From an uncultured Robiginitomaculum sp. (GTDB lineage Bacteria > Pseudomonadota > Alphaproteobacteria > Caulobacterales > Maricaulaceae), in contig CALLBH010000154.1 of assembly GCA_938001945.1 (NCBI GenBank), positions 1 to 43,472 of the forward strand: a stretch of DNA of 43,472 bases, in the 5' to 3' direction. The number at the start of each line of letters is the position of its first letter. Within the stretch, counting starts at the first letter, position 1. The notes below the pieces were generated by a model. It was not told the origin of the DNA, searched no databases, and saw only the letters and a list, made by a program, of their open reading frames with translations. Shown one piece after another: positions 1-13,365 of this stretch. The translations under genes and the position numbers were made by a program.

Positions 1-182
1 ACGAGGATTTTAGCAAGCGTGCCTTCCTCGACAGCTTCAATTTCCATCGTCGCTTTATCCGTTTCAATCTCGGCCAAAAGGTCGCCCGAACTTACGGTGT
101 CACCCTCTTTCTTGAGCCATTTCGACAGGGTACCTTCTTCCATTGTCGGAGATAAGGCGGGCATTAGGATTTCAATGGGCAT
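1..182 (-). CDS. pdhC: Pyruvate dehydrogenase E2 (dihydrolipoamide acetyltransferase), N-terminal lipoyl domain; truncated by window edge
   Basis: Manual translation of the minus strand from the ATG at 182 gives [54 protein letters not shown], containing the ETDKA lipoylation motif. It lies downstream of pdhA-pdhB. Not in the ORF track. Confidence 0.9.
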   Translation of the reverse strand, partial: MPIEILMPALSPTMEEGTLSKWLKKEGDTVSSGDLLAEIETDKATMEIEAVEEGTLAKIL

Positions 183-219
183 ATTATATCTTTATGGTGA
201 TGATCGCTAAAAATAGTAA

Positions 220-696
220 CTAAAGTCTAACAGACCAGTTCATTGGTTTGTAAAAAATTATATCAAGAACATTCTTGCATTTATTAAGTTTGTCACTCTC
301 TCCAAATTCTATTTTTTCGACTACTGAACGCCACAAAGTCTTTAGAAACATACCAGCATGCATACCCCCTAGAGTTCGTAGGTCTTCTTCTTCTCTTTGC
401 AAATGACTGCCTAATAAATTACGAAACACATTGATCTCATGCGCCTCAATAAGTTCATCAATTACTTTTGATGGAAGAGTGTTTGTTAAATCGGACTCAA
501 CCAAGTCTTCCGCAATGCTTATACTTGTAATACCCCTAATTGCGCTCTCAATTAGAAAAACCGTTTTATCGCAAGAGAGCCTATCAGGATGATCCGAGAT
601 ATACTCAGCAAAACTATGAATGCTCCAACTTTCTTTTGCCAATTCAGCCTGGGTTTTTCTAGAATTTTTCAGTTTATTTATGACGTCTCTGAACAT
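220..696 (-). CDS. Hypothetical protein (AT-rich, 158 aa)
   Basis: Open frame filling the pdhB-pdhC gap. A GGAG ribosome-binding site at the pdhB 3' end lies about 8 nt before the ATG. No recognisable motif. Confidence 0.65.
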   Translation of the reverse strand: MFRDVINKLKNSRKTQAELAKESWSIHSFAEYISDHPDRLSCDKTVFLIESAIRGITSISIAEDLVESDLTNTLPSKVIDELIEAHEINVFRNLLGSHLQREEEDLRTLGGMHAGMFLKTLWRSVVEKIEFGESDKLNKCKNVLDIIFYKPMNWSVRL

Positions 697-699
697 CCA

Positions 700-2076
700 T
701 TACTCCTCCACATAACAAACCTTCTTCGCCGCCTCGACCACATCATTGGCATTCGGCAAACTTAGCGCTTCCAAATTCGCGGCATATGGCAACGGCACGT
801 CTTTTTGGAACACGCGGGCGGGCGGGGCGTCGAGATAGTCGAAGGCTTCTGCCACAACGCGGGCAGCGATTTCTGCGCCTATACCGGATTGGCCCCAGCC
901 TTCTTCGGCGCAAACGAGGCGATTGGTTTTCTTCACGCTCTCAATCACCGTATCGGTATCAAGCGGGCGAAGCGTGCGTAGGTCGATGACTTCGGCGTCA
1001 ATGCCCTGCTCTGCCAGGGTCTCGGCCGCATCAAGGCAGCGCCCAACCATACGGCTATGCGTAACGAGTGTAACATCTGCGCCTTCGCGGCGCACTTTGG
1101 CTTTGCCGATGGGAATAAGGAAATCATCCATATCCGGCACGTCAAAGCTCTCCCCGTAAAGCAATTCATGCTCGAGGAAGACAACTGGATTTGGATCGCG
1201 GATAGCGGCCTTTAACAGACCTTTGGCATCGGCAGCGTCATACGGCGCAACGACTTTCAGGCCTGGAACATTGGAGTACCAGCTAGAATAATCATGGCTA
1301 TGCTGCGCGCCCACGCGAGAGGCCGCGCCGTTTGGGCCGCGGAAAACAATCGGACAGCGCATTTGACCGCCGGACATATACAGTGTTTTGGCGGCAGAAT
1401 TGATAATATGATCAATGGCTTGCATCGCAAAGTTCCACGTCATGAATTCAACAATCGGGCGAAGTCCGCCCATAGCTGCGCCGACGCCAATACCGGCAAA
1501 ACCATGCTCGGTGATCGGCGTATCAACAACGCGCTGGCTTCCAAATTCCTGCAAAAGCTCGCGCGTCACCTTGTAAGCGCCCTGATATTCGGCGACTTCT
1601 TCGCCCATGATGAACACGGCCGGGTCACGGCGCATTTCTTCGGCCATGGCATCGCGCAGCGCGTCGCGTACTGTTGTCTCTTTCATCGCAATATTCGTTG
1701 GAATATCGGGGTCGCTAAGAACTGTCTTCACTTTTGGCGCAGGCTCAGCCTTAGCTTCGGGCGCTGGCGCTGCCTCTTCGGCCTTAGCTGCAGGAGCGTC
1801 ATCTGAGCCGCCCTCAAGCGCGCTCTCATCTTCGCCGTCCTCTAAGAGGCGCAGGATCACTGCGCCGACTTTGACATTTTGCGCGCCTTCTTCAACCACA
1901 ATCTCGCCAACAATGCCTTCGTCGATCGACTCGACTTCCATTGTGGCTTTATCCGTTTCAATCTCGGCCAGAATATCGCCGGATGTCACGCTGTCGCCCT
2001 TTTTAACGAGCCATTTTGAAAGTGTGCCTTCCTCCATTGTCGGAGAAAGTGCGGGCATTTGAATATTAATTGCCAT
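700..2076 (-). CDS. pdhB: Pyruvate dehydrogenase E1 beta subunit with N-terminal lipoyl domain
   Basis: Lipoyl motif ETDKATM, Ala/Pro/Glu-rich linker, then [24 protein letters not shown] and FRGPNGAA. Confidence 0.97.
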   Translation of the reverse strand: MAINIQMPALSPTMEEGTLSKWLVKKGDSVTSGDILAEIETDKATMEVESIDEGIVGEIVVEEGAQNVKVGAVILRLLEDGEDESALEGGSDDAPAAKAEEAAPAPEAKAEPAPKVKTVLSDPDIPTNIAMKETTVRDALRDAMAEEMRRDPAVFIMGEEVAEYQGAYKVTRELLQEFGSQRVVDTPITEHGFAGIGVGAAMGGLRPIVEFMTWNFAMQAIDHIINSAAKTLYMSGGQMRCPIVFRGPNGAASRVGAQHSHDYSSWYSNVPGLKVVAPYDAADAKGLLKAAIRDPNPVVFLEHELLYGESFDVPDMDDFLIPIGKAKVRREGADVTLVTHSRMVGRCLDAAETLAEQGIDAEVIDLRTLRPLDTDTVIESVKKTNRLVCAEEGWGQSGIGAEIAARVVAEAFDYLDAPPARVFQKDVPLPYAANLEALSLPNANDVVEAAKKVCYVEE

Positions 2077-2085
2077 GGGGTCGTC

Positions 2086-2472
2086 CTAAATAAGGGGCAA
2101 AAGATTTAAAAACATCATAATCAGGCCAATGATAGACACAGCCCAAGCTAATGTGCGCGCCCACGGCACGCCAAACCAATACAGCGGCGCGTAAGCCACG
2201 CGCCCCCAGAAAAAAACAGCCGCACCGAGTGTGGCGCCAACAACATTAGCTTGCAGCGCGACTGCGGCCAGCGGCACGAATATCACCATGGCTTCGACCA
2301 TGTTTTGATTAGCGCGTTTGGCACGCGCACTCATCACATTCGGCTCAGCCATTACATCGCGAGCGCCGGCAAGCGGCACGAGACCATATTGCTTCATACC
2401 GAATAGGGCTTGCACAGTAATCATCACGACGAATAAAGCCGCGCTCAAAATCAGATAAGATAAAATCGTCAT
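2086..2472 (-). CDS. MAPEG-family membrane protein
   Basis: 128 aa with about four hydrophobic segments; RAKRANQNMVE matches the RAxRAxxNxxE pattern; GRVAYAPLY...RTLAW. Confidence 0.8.
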   Translation of the reverse strand: MTILSYLILSAALFVVMITVQALFGMKQYGLVPLAGARDVMAEPNVMSARAKRANQNMVEAMVIFVPLAAVALQANVVGATLGAAVFFWGRVAYAPLYWFGVPWARTLAWAVSIIGLIMMFLNLLPLI

Positions 2473-2474
2473 AT

Positions 2475-3494
2475 CTACGCCTCTAGCAATACATCAGTGT
2501 AAAGTTCGCTTGGGTCCGGCTCAGGTGAAGTTTGCGCAAATTCTGCACTATCATTCACAACGGCTTTAATCTCTTTATCAATCGCTTTGAGCGCGTCTGT
2601 ATTCGCCCAACCTTCGGCCTCTAACCGCGCTTTGACCGCATCAATTGGATCACGCGCGCTGCGGATGTCGTTAACTTCATCGCGAGTACGATATTTTGCA
2701 GGGTCAGACATGGAATGACCGCGATAGCGGTAAGTTTTCATTTCCAAAATCATCGGACCTTTGCCCGCTCGAGCATGATCGATGGCTTTCTTGGCAGCGT
2801 CGCGTACGGCCAGCACATTCATGCCGTCCACTTGGAGACCTTCAATTTCAAAACTAATGCCGCGTTTGAACAATTCCGTTTCAGCGGAAGCCCGTTTCAC
2901 AGATGTTCCCATCGCATATTCATTGTTTTCAATCACAAAGACGACTGGCAGATTCCAGAGCTTAGCCATGTTGAATGTTTCATAGACCTGACCTTGGTTG
3001 GCCGCTCCGTCACCGAAGAAGGCCAAGCTAACCGCGCCATTTTCTAAATATTTATTAGCAAAGCCGAGGCCTGCGCCGAGCGGAACCTGCGCGCCGACAA
3101 TACCGTGACCGCCATAGAATTTCTTCTCAGTCGAGAACATGTGCATGGAGCCGCCTTTGCCGCGGCTATATCCACCTTCGCGGCCTGTAAGCTCAGCCAT
3201 AACACCGCGCGCTTCCATCCCGCAGGCAAGCATGTGGCCGTGATCACGATATCCCGTGATCATTTGGTCGCCCTCTTTCATAACGCCGCGAATACCCGTC
3301 ACAACAGCTTCTTGGCCAATGTAAAGATGGCAGAAACCCGCGATCAAACCCATTCCGTAAAGCTGTCCGGCCTTTTCTTCGAAACGGCGGATAAGGAGCA
3401 TATCCTTATAATATCCAAGCAGCTCATCTTTGGTTGTTTTGAGCGCTTTGGGTGCAGACTTCTTTTTCGCTGGGGCTTTTTTCTTCGCGGCCAT
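2475..3494 (-). CDS. pdhA: Pyruvate dehydrogenase E1 alpha subunit
   Basis: GFCHLYIGQEA, GKGGSMHM, ThDP-binding GDGAANQG...NN, TYRYRGHSMSDP. Confidence 0.97.
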   Translation of the reverse strand: MAAKKKAPAKKKSAPKALKTTKDELLGYYKDMLLIRRFEEKAGQLYGMGLIAGFCHLYIGQEAVVTGIRGVMKEGDQMITGYRDHGHMLACGMEARGVMAELTGREGGYSRGKGGSMHMFSTEKKFYGGHGIVGAQVPLGAGLGFANKYLENGAVSLAFFGDGAANQGQVYETFNMAKLWNLPVVFVIENNEYAMGTSVKRASAETELFKRGISFEIEGLQVDGMNVLAVRDAAKKAIDHARAGKGPMILEMKTYRYRGHSMSDPAKYRTRDEVNDIRSARDPIDAVKARLEAEGWANTDALKAIDKEIKAVVNDSAEFAQTSPEPDPSELYTDVLLEA

Positions 3495-3572
3495 ATGTCC
3501 TCGTCAAACAGAGTTAGTTCACATGTAAAATAAATGTGAGATTTGTTTGATAGGGTTAGACGAAGTTATTGC

Positions 3573-3878
3573 CTATTCGTCAAGAATAATCACGAGGTCG
3601 TTCACATGTGAAAAACCTAAATGACGGCGACTTTCTTCGTCAAGGCGGTCTTTGCCTAGATGCCTGGCACGAAGTTGGTTGGCATGTTGCTCTAATTTGA
3701 CGCGCTGGGCTTGAGTTTCCAGAATATCATTTTGAAGATCAGAAATCTGCGCGTGGTTCTCTGCAATCTGAAACATCCCTTGCCGTCCACTAATCATGTG
3801 AATCGCCAAATAGGCATAGAGCAGCGCAATGCAGATCAGCATAAAATGCCGGCGTAGAAATGAAAGTGACTTAACCAT
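3573..3878 (-). CDS. ftsB: Septum formation initiator (FtsB/DivIC family)
   Basis: Single TM helix, then a coiled coil and a DRLDEESRRHLG motif; conserved position directly downstream of eno. Confidence 0.8.
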   Translation of the reverse strand: MVKSLSFLRRHFMLICIALLYAYLAIHMISGRQGMFQIAENHAQISDLQNDILETQAQRVKLEQHANQLRARHLGKDRLDEESRRHLGFSHVNDLVIILDE

Positions 3879-3901
3879 GGCGCGACATTTGCCGCGTCAT
3901 G

Positions 3902-3917
3902 GTTAGTAAATCGTTAA
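3902..3917 (-). promoter_or_regulatory. CtrA-like binding site upstream of ftsB
   Basis: Minus strand reads TTAA-CGATTTA-CTAAC, 8/9 to TTAA-N7-TTAAC. A perfect TTAACCAT half-site at 3871-3878 overlaps the start codon. Confidence 0.55.
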
Positions 3918-3926
3918 ATTAAGTCG

Positions 3927-5277
<1,351 letters not shown>

Positions 5278-5297
5278 CATTATTCGTGTTGCAAGCC

Positions 5298-5477
5298 TTA
5301 GTCTTTTGGCTGAAGGATTTGACGTCCGCGATACATGCCAGACTTAAGATCAATGTGGTGCTGACGGCGAAGCTCGCCGCTATCTTTGTCTTCAACATAG
5401 TTTGTTGCGGTTAGCGAATCGTGTGCGCGGCGCATGCCACGACGTGAATTTGAAATCTTACTCTTTGGGACCGCCAT
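5298..5477 (-). CDS. rpmF: 50S ribosomal protein L32 (cysteine-free, non-zinc-ribbon form)
   Basis: Manual translation gives [59 protein letters not shown] (59 aa, below the ORF-track cutoff), with an AGGAG RBS upstream. Confidence 0.95.
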   Translation of the reverse strand: MAVPKSKISNSRRGMRRAHDSLTATNYVEDKDSGELRRQHHIDLKSGMYRGRQILQPKD

Positions 5478-5579
5478 AACGGATCTCCTAAATTTAGTTG
5501 CGCCTCGGGCGCCGGAAAGTTGACGCGTCCTATGCTATCCGCGCGCGCAGTGCAAGTGGCCTGTGGACAAATTTCTCAG

Positions 5580-6497
5580 TCAAATCCATTTCTTAATACG
5601 CATCACAACGATGATGCCAACCGCGCAGACAATGCAAAGACCAACAACTATCGCAAATCCAAGCGGTGCCAGTGCGCCGCCGCCATCTGTTACCATCGGC
5701 ATGCCGCCAACATTTATCCCAAATAGTCCCGTCAGAAAGCCCAGCGGAAGAAAAACGAGTGAGATGATCGACAGAACATACATGTTCTGATTCATACGGT
5801 CCGAAATTACCGCCGTAATCTCTTCTTGGATGAGGCTCAGGCGCTCTCGAAGGGCATCAAGTGAGTCGCAAATACGCGCCGCGCGATAATATTGATCTAA
5901 AAACCCCTGCTGCTGTTCATCTGTGAACATATCTGTTCGCAATCGACTTAGCGTCATTAACGTCTCACGTTGCGGGAGCAAATAGCGGCGCAGCGCGATG
6001 ACACTGCGACGAAACTCCAAAATATCCAACCGACGCTTTTTGTTTGGATCAGACAAGGCAAGATCCTCAGCATTATCGACCTGCTCATCAAGTTCTCCGA
6101 TATGAGTCTCGATTCGTTGCTGCATTTCCTCAATCACGGTCCATAAAAAATCGGGCGTTGAGGTAATCTTGCCAAGGCGCGATTGCGCCGTATCTATTGA
6201 CGCGACGGAGCGGCGCTGACTTGCAATTATTGTGTCCTTATCAAGCCAAAGACGCACGGATATCATATCATCAGGTTCATCGCCCGGGATGAAATTGATA
6301 CCGCGTAGAACGATAAGAATATCATCCTCGCCGCCAACACATTTTGGGCGCGGAGAGCTCATGACGAGTGTTTTGACATCCGCTTCGCCCGCAATGCCTT
6401 CAAGTTCAGTGACGTCCTCTGCGGTTAGATTCTCGTAATTTTCAACCTCTACAAAGGTCTTATTTATGCCAAATGAAGTGCGTTGTATTTCAGGCAT
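5580..6497 (-). CDS. zntB: CorA/ZntB-family divalent metal transporter (ZntB-like)
   Basis: LRGINF..G..PDDMISVRLW; two C-terminal TM helices with FLPLGFLTGLFGINVGGMP (GIN variant typical of ZntB). Confidence 0.8.
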   Translation of the reverse strand: MPEIQRTSFGINKTFVEVENYENLTAEDVTELEGIAGEADVKTLVMSSPRPKCVGGEDDILIVLRGINFIPGDEPDDMISVRLWLDKDTIIASQRRSVASIDTAQSRLGKITSTPDFLWTVIEEMQQRIETHIGELDEQVDNAEDLALSDPNKKRRLDILEFRRSVIALRRYLLPQRETLMTLSRLRTDMFTDEQQQGFLDQYYRAARICDSLDALRERLSLIQEEITAVISDRMNQNMYVLSIISLVFLPLGFLTGLFGINVGGMPMVTDGGGALAPLGFAIVVGLCIVCAVGIIVVMRIKKWI

Positions 6498-6515
6498 TTA
6501 AGACTTTCTGCTCGT

Positions 6516-8162
<1,647 letters not shown>

Positions 8163-8184
8163 TTATTCGAAGATGGCGGGACGT

Positions 8185-8631
8185 TTATTCGTCGTCGCCG
8201 GACTCCGGAGGTGTATCTGTTGCGTCAGTCGCCTCTTCAGGCTCTGTTGTCGCCGCAGTGTCGGTCTCTATTTCAGGAGTTTCCGATTGCGCCGCATCAG
8301 GATCAATTACGTCAGCGTTCGGGATTTGGTTATTATCTGAATCTTGCGTTTGCACAACCCCTACTTCACCTTCTGCGCCCTCAGTAAATGAAGTATTTGG
8401 GTTCTCGATCGCAAAAAACACAGATAGCGCGATACAATTCAGGATGAACAGCGTGCCCAAGATCGTTGTGGCCTTTGTCACGGCATTCGCTGAGCTACGA
8501 CCGCTCATCAGACCGCCGCCTCCGCCGCCACCGCCAATACCCAAAGCCCCGCCTTCAGAGCGTTGAATAAGGATAAGACCGATAAGTACGATACAAATCA
8601 AAACCTGAATAATCAGAAGAACGGTTGTCAT
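8185..8631 (-). CDS. secG: Preprotein translocase subunit SecG
   Basis: Two TM helices, LIQRSEGGALG motif with a Gly-rich loop, acidic tail; conserved position upstream of pyrG. Confidence 0.92.
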   Translation of the reverse strand: MTTVLLIIQVLICIVLIGLILIQRSEGGALGIGGGGGGGGLMSGRSSANAVTKATTILGTLFILNCIALSVFFAIENPNTSFTEGAEGEVGVVQTQDSDNNQIPNADVIDPDAAQSETPEIETDTAATTEPEEATDATDTPPESGDDE

Positions 8632-8755
8632 AGTAGAGTCCCAGCGGCCATGTGGCCGTCAATGTCAATTAAGCGCGCTCGTTAACGTAAATGACGCGCT
8701 TTCGCTAGAGCCTATGTGTGGATTTGTTACGCCAAGTGCAAGACAGAAGGCGCAA

Positions 8756-9238
8756 TTACCCTTGCTCGCGCATTAAGCGTGACTTCTGGCGGTTCCATTC
8801 ACGCTTTTTGACATTGTCGCGCTTATCCGAATGGGTTTTACCAACGCCCACGCCAATGAGTAATTTGGCGATGCCTTTATCGTTGAAATACATTTTAAGC
8901 GGCACAATGGTGCGCCCTTTGCGCTGCCGCTCTATGATAAGTTTGGCGATTTCACGTTTCTTGAGCAGGAGTTTGCGCGGCCGCGTCGGAAGATGATTGA
9001 ACTGGCTGGCGGGCGCGTAGATCGGAATATTGGCATTCACCAAGATGATTTCGCCATTTTCAACACCGACATAACCTTCGGCGATATTGGCTTTGCCTTC
9101 GCGCAGGGCTTTCACTTCGGTTCCGACTAAACTGATACCGGCCTCAAATGTGTCTTCGATCTCATATTCAAATCGCGCGCGCCTATTTTGCGCAATCAAT
9201 TTGTTATTATCATCCGATTTTTTCTTTTTTGCGGCCAT
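8756..9238 (-). CDS. smpB: SsrA-binding protein
   Basis: [31 protein letters not shown] motif. Likely start is the ATG at 9238, just after the dapA stop. Confidence 0.96.
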   Translation of the reverse strand: MAAKKKKSDDNNKLIAQNRRARFEYEIEDTFEAGISLVGTEVKALREGKANIAEGYVGVENGEIILVNANIPIYAPASQFNHLPTRPRKLLLKKREIAKLIIERQRKGRTIVPLKMYFNDKGIAKLLIGVGVGKTHSDKRDNVKKREWNRQKSRLMREQG

Positions 9239-9239
9239 T

Positions 9240-10130
9240 TTAAACTGAAACATCGGCGCGATTCATGGCGGCCTTCACGGCCGTTTTCGTTTCATCGCGG
9301 CAGGGCGTCATCGGAAGACGCACATCGGTACCCATCTTACCTAAAAGAGACAGAGCATATTTGGCCGGCGCTGGGCTCGGATCAAGAAACAGATCTTTAT
9401 GAAGACGATCCAAAGTATCGTGGATTTTGCGCGCTGCTGCGTAATCACCCGACAGCAACGCATTATGGAATGCTGCATATTTTTCTGGCGCGACATTAGA
9501 GCCGACAGAGATGCAACCATGCCCGCCATGAACGCTATGCCCCATAGATGTCGGATCATCACCGGAGAGTTGAATGAAATCCTCACCGCAGCGATCTAGC
9601 AAACCAGTGACGCGGGTGATATCGCCCGTCGCGTCTTTACATCCAATGATGGTCGGCAATTTAGCAAGTCGTCCCATCGTATCATTTGTAATATCGACAA
9701 CGCTACGCCCCGGAATATTGTAGACAATCACAGGAATATCAACAGCATGGCTGATCGCTTTAAAGTGTTGGTAAATACCCTCTTGGCTTGGTTTGTTGTA
9801 ATATGGGGTCACGATCAAAGCCGCGTCTGCTCCAAGTTCTTTGGCATGACTGGCGTAACGTATAGACACAGTTGTTTCATTCGAGCCCGCTCCTGCAATC
9901 ACGGGAACCCGCCCATCCGCAGCCTCGACGCAAAGTCTTATAACCCGCTTGTGCTCAGCATCGGATAATGTCGCCGACTCGCCCGTTGTTCCGCAGGGCA
10001 CAAGACCATGCGTCCCGGACTCAATCTGCCAATTGACGAAATCGCCAAAGGCTTGTTCGTCGACTTTACCGTCTTTGAACGGGGTAACCAAAGCGGTGAG
10101 CGACCCTTGGATTTTGTGCGATGTTGTCAT
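9240..10130 (-). CDS. dapA: 4-hydroxy-tetrahydrodipicolinate synthase
   Basis: TALVTPF, GTTGES, PYYNKP, YNIPGR, catalytic Lys in GCKDATG; dapA-smpB adjacency. Confidence 0.96.
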   Translation of the reverse strand: MTTSHKIQGSLTALVTPFKDGKVDEQAFGDFVNWQIESGTHGLVPCGTTGESATLSDAEHKRVIRLCVEAADGRVPVIAGAGSNETTVSIRYASHAKELGADAALIVTPYYNKPSQEGIYQHFKAISHAVDIPVIVYNIPGRSVVDITNDTMGRLAKLPTIIGCKDATGDITRVTGLLDRCGEDFIQLSGDDPTSMGHSVHGGHGCISVGSNVAPEKYAAFHNALLSGDYAAARKIHDTLDRLHKDLFLDPSPAPAKYALSLLGKMGTDVRLPMTPCRDETKTAVKAAMNRADVSV

Positions 10131-10232
10131 GTTAACCTCTTGGCAGCAGCCTCAATATTTTTAGGCCGCTATTTTTGCAGCGTCATAGCTTTCTTTTATT
10201 GCTCTACGCAAGCCATGCGGTAGAGTTAAAGA

Positions 10233-12314
10233 ATGCAAATTGGGCGATTCACATTCAAAATAACACATGCCCTTCGGTTATGCCTTTTGACTATGGCCGC
10301 ATTAGGACTGTTTCACGCTCAAACTGTGCCCCAGAGCTTTGCAGAAACGCCAGTCCCGCGCGTCAAGCCCGTCGCCCCCAATAGCTCGCAGCTTCTATCT
10401 CAGGACGACGCGAAAAATTTTCGTCTCGGCATGCGCGCGGCTCAGAATAATGGCTGGAGCGAGGTTGGTCGCTACAAAAGCCGTATCAATGACCCGGTCG
10501 CAAAAGACATTCTCGCATGGCGCATGGCGGTGCGAACCGACCGCTTGTCGCTTAACCAAATGCGTGACCTGATCAGCAGGCGTCCTGATTGGCCCTATAT
10601 GATCACGATTCGGGCAAAGGCCGAGAAAATGATGTTTGATCGTCCATTATCTTCGTCTGACACGCTGGATTGGTTTAACACCTTGCCCTTACCCTATAAT
10701 GAGCCTGCATCTGGCGAAGGTCGCGCTGTTTTGGCCCGAGCATATTTTCAGCGTGGTGACGATATCAATGGCAAAGCGTGGCTACAAAAGGCTTGGCGCG
10801 ATGCCCGCTTAACACGCGACAGACAAAAAAGAATATTCTCCCAATATAAAAACAAACTTACGCCCGAAGATCACGCCATTCGTGCTGATCATCTGATATG
10901 GCTGGGATCGCGATATTATAGCAGCGCGCAAGCCCTTCTGCCCCACATGAGCGCCGCAGATCGCAAATTGATGGATGCGCGCATGCGCGTCGGCGCAAAT
11001 CGTTCGGGCATGGACAATGCGCTTAAAGCGCTTACGCCAGCGCAATCTAAAGATACGGGTTTATTATTTGAGCGCGCTCGCTGGCGCCGTAAGCGCAAAT
11101 CCAAGGACTATGCCCTGCCCGTTTATTTGGACATAGTGCAGCCTGCGTCTACGGAAAAAGGCCGCGACCGTCTTTGGACCGAACAAAAAATAATGGCCTA
11201 TTGGCTGATCTCTGAAAAAGAATATCGCAAAGCCTATGATGTTATTCGGCCCCACGGCATGACACGCGGCAGCGATTTTGCTGAGGCAGAATTTTTAGCG
11301 GGTTGGCTCTCTCTTCAAAAACTTAACAATGCCCAGCAAGCCAAAATTCATTTTGACACGCTACGCGGCGGCGTCAGCACGCCTGTATCCGTATCCCGCG
11401 CCGCATATTGGCAAGGCCGCGCAGAGAGCGCTTTAGGCCTTCCAACGGCACGAGCGCGCTATGCAGAAGCCGCGCGCCATCCAAATACGTATTACGGCCA
11501 GCTCGCAATCGAAGAAACCTCTGGCGGACTGGCATATATAACTCTGCCACCCGAAGATAGCGGCGCCGCAATGCGCGGTGAATTCGAAGCAAAGCCTATT
11601 GTTCGCGCCCTGCGCATGATCGGCGAAACGGGCGATGAGCGTATTTTCCGTCAGTTCTCCTTTCACTATGATGATCAGATTACGACGTCGGCTGAGCTTA
11701 CTTTGCTCTCTAATTTAGCTAAAGATTATGTGTTCTACGCGCCAGCCGTTCGCGCCGCCAAGCTCGGCGGCAATGTTGGGCCAGTGCTGACAGAAAGCTC
11801 CTACCCTATACCTGCAGTGATTACGGACCTTGGCCCTGGCTTTGACATTCCATACGTCTTTGCGATTGCCCGCCAAGAAAGCGAATTTGCAGTCGGCGCG
11901 ATTAGCCACGCAAATGCTTACGGTATGATGCAAATGATCAACGCCACGGCCAAAGAAACCGCTCGCCGGCATCGCATCCGCTATTCCAAGAGCCGCCTGA
12001 CATCAGATCAAGAATATGCGGCTAAGCTTGGCGCGTTGCACATTAATGACCTGCTTGACCGCTTTGACGGGAACTACATCATGGTTGCCGCAGCCTATAA
12101 TGCCGGGCCACACCGCGTTAAACGCTGGGTCGAAGATTATGGTGACCCGCGCGACCCCAATGTTGATCCGATTGATTGGGTAGAAAGCCTACCTTTTTCC
12201 GAAACACGAAATTATATCATGCGCGTCATGGAGAACCATCAGGTTTATAAAGCGCGTCTGAATAATGATCAGGCTGAACTTACGCTGCGCAGCGACCTCG
12301 TCCGCCGCTATTAA
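10233..12314 (+). CDS. Soluble lytic murein transglycosylase (Slt70-like)
   Basis: Signal peptide, long helical region, C-terminal SLT domain with IARQES (catalytic Glu), GMMQM, AAYNAG and ETRNY. Confidence 0.92.
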   Translation: MQIGRFTFKITHALRLCLLTMAALGLFHAQTVPQSFAETPVPRVKPVAPNSSQLLSQDDAKNFRLGMRAAQNNGWSEVGRYKSRINDPVAKDILAWRMAVRTDRLSLNQMRDLISRRPDWPYMITIRAKAEKMMFDRPLSSSDTLDWFNTLPLPYNEPASGEGRAVLARAYFQRGDDINGKAWLQKAWRDARLTRDRQKRIFSQYKNKLTPEDHAIRADHLIWLGSRYYSSAQALLPHMSAADRKLMDARMRVGANRSGMDNALKALTPAQSKDTGLLFERARWRRKRKSKDYALPVYLDIVQPASTEKGRDRLWTEQKIMAYWLISEKEYRKAYDVIRPHGMTRGSDFAEAEFLAGWLSLQKLNNAQQAKIHFDTLRGGVSTPVSVSRAAYWQGRAESALGLPTARARYAEAARHPNTYYGQLAIEETSGGLAYITLPPEDSGAAMRGEFEAKPIVRALRMIGETGDERIFRQFSFHYDDQITTSAELTLLSNLAKDYVFYAPAVRAAKLGGNVGPVLTESSYPIPAVITDLGPGFDIPYVFAIARQESEFAVGAISHANAYGMMQMINATAKETARRHRIRYSKSRLTSDQEYAAKLGALHINDLLDRFDGNYIMVAAAYNAGPHRVKRWVEDYGDPRDPNVDPIDWVESLPFSETRNYIMRVMENHQVYKARLNNDQAELTLRSDLVRRY

Positions 12315-13279
12315 AGCGCCATGGCGCGGGCCATCACGTCGGGGTCGACATTTCCGCCCGACAGAATAACGCCGACAGTTTCAAACGCCTTGAGCTTACC
12401 CCCTAGCGCGGCGGTTAAAGCCACGCTTCCGCCCGGCTCCAGCGTCACATCCATATGCCGTTTCGCCAGTTGAAGCGTCATGAGGCATTCTTCATCGGAC
12501 ACATCAAAAACGCCTGATAGGTTTTTAGAATTTATTGGCCATGTCAGCGCGCCCGGCCGCGGCGTCATAAGCGCGTCGCACAATGTAGGAGGCGGCGTAT
12601 CAAGGCCAACACGGCGGCCACGCGCAAAGCTCATTTGATGATCATTATAGCCGCTCGGCTCTGCGCCATAGATTTTCGTGCTGGGCAATAGTGTCTTAAA
12701 CGCCGTACTAATGCCCGCGCACAATCCGCCGCCGCCCATACAAATAACTAGTGCGTCCAGCTTGACTCCCATATCCTGACATTGAGCAGCCAGCTCTATT
12801 CCCGCTGTGCCTTGCCCCGCAATGATATATGGGTCATCAAAAGACGGCACGACCGTGCGGCCATCACGTTTAGAAATTTCGGCGGCAATGCCTTCGCGCG
12901 ACTCTGTCAGGCGATCATAGCTGTGAATGCGCGCGCCATCCGCCAGAACACCATCGACTTTCACCTTTGGTGCGTCAGTCGGCATGACGATAATTGCGTC
13001 AACGCCCAGCTCCTTCGCAGCACGCGATACGCCTTGGGCATGATTGCCCGAAGAAAACGCCACGACGCCTCTCGCGCGCTCTTCTGCGCTCATCGCGGAC
13101 AGACGGTTATAGGCCCCGCGATATTTAAATGAGCCCGTATGTTGAAGGCATTCTGCTTTAGCCAAAACACGGCAGCCCGCAATAGCGTTAATCTCTGCGC
13201 TCTCTATAATAGGGGTTTGACGGGCATGACCATCAAGCCGGCTAGAGGCTGACATAATATCATTGAAAGTTATGGACAT
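12311..13279 (-). CDS. PLP-dependent Ser/Thr dehydratase family protein (fold type II, no ACT domain)
   Basis: KAECLQHTGSFKYRGA (PLP Lys), SSGNHAQG, GGGGL, SGGN. ATG start at 13279 preferred. Confidence 0.88.
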   Translation of the reverse strand: MSITFNDIMSASSRLDGHARQTPIIESAEINAIAGCRVLAKAECLQHTGSFKYRGAYNRLSAMSAEERARGVVAFSSGNHAQGVSRAAKELGVDAIIVMPTDAPKVKVDGVLADGARIHSYDRLTESREGIAAEISKRDGRTVVPSFDDPYIIAGQGTAGIELAAQCQDMGVKLDALVICMGGGGLCAGISTAFKTLLPSTKIYGAEPSGYNDHQMSFARGRRVGLDTPPPTLCDALMTPRPGALTWPINSKNLSGVFDVSDEECLMTLQLAKRHMDVTLEPGGSVALTAALGGKLKAFETVGVILSGGNVDPDVMARAMAL

Positions 13280-13365
13280 TCTGCATTCCATTACGGCGTT
13301 TTGATTGACCTTGAATGCGGAAATTGACACAAGGATGCAACGATAAATAAAACAGGGAGAATGCC

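Noticed and set aside
1-2076. Similar DNA at 1-180 and about 1895-2076, suggesting a duplication or repeat element
   Set aside because: These are the paralogous lipoyl domains of PdhC and PdhB, a normal alphaproteobacterial feature.
8669-8700. TTAA...TTAAC and an imperfect GC hairpin upstream of secG
   Set aside because: The spacing is N9 rather than N7 and the hairpin is weak, so neither a CtrA site nor a terminator can be supported.
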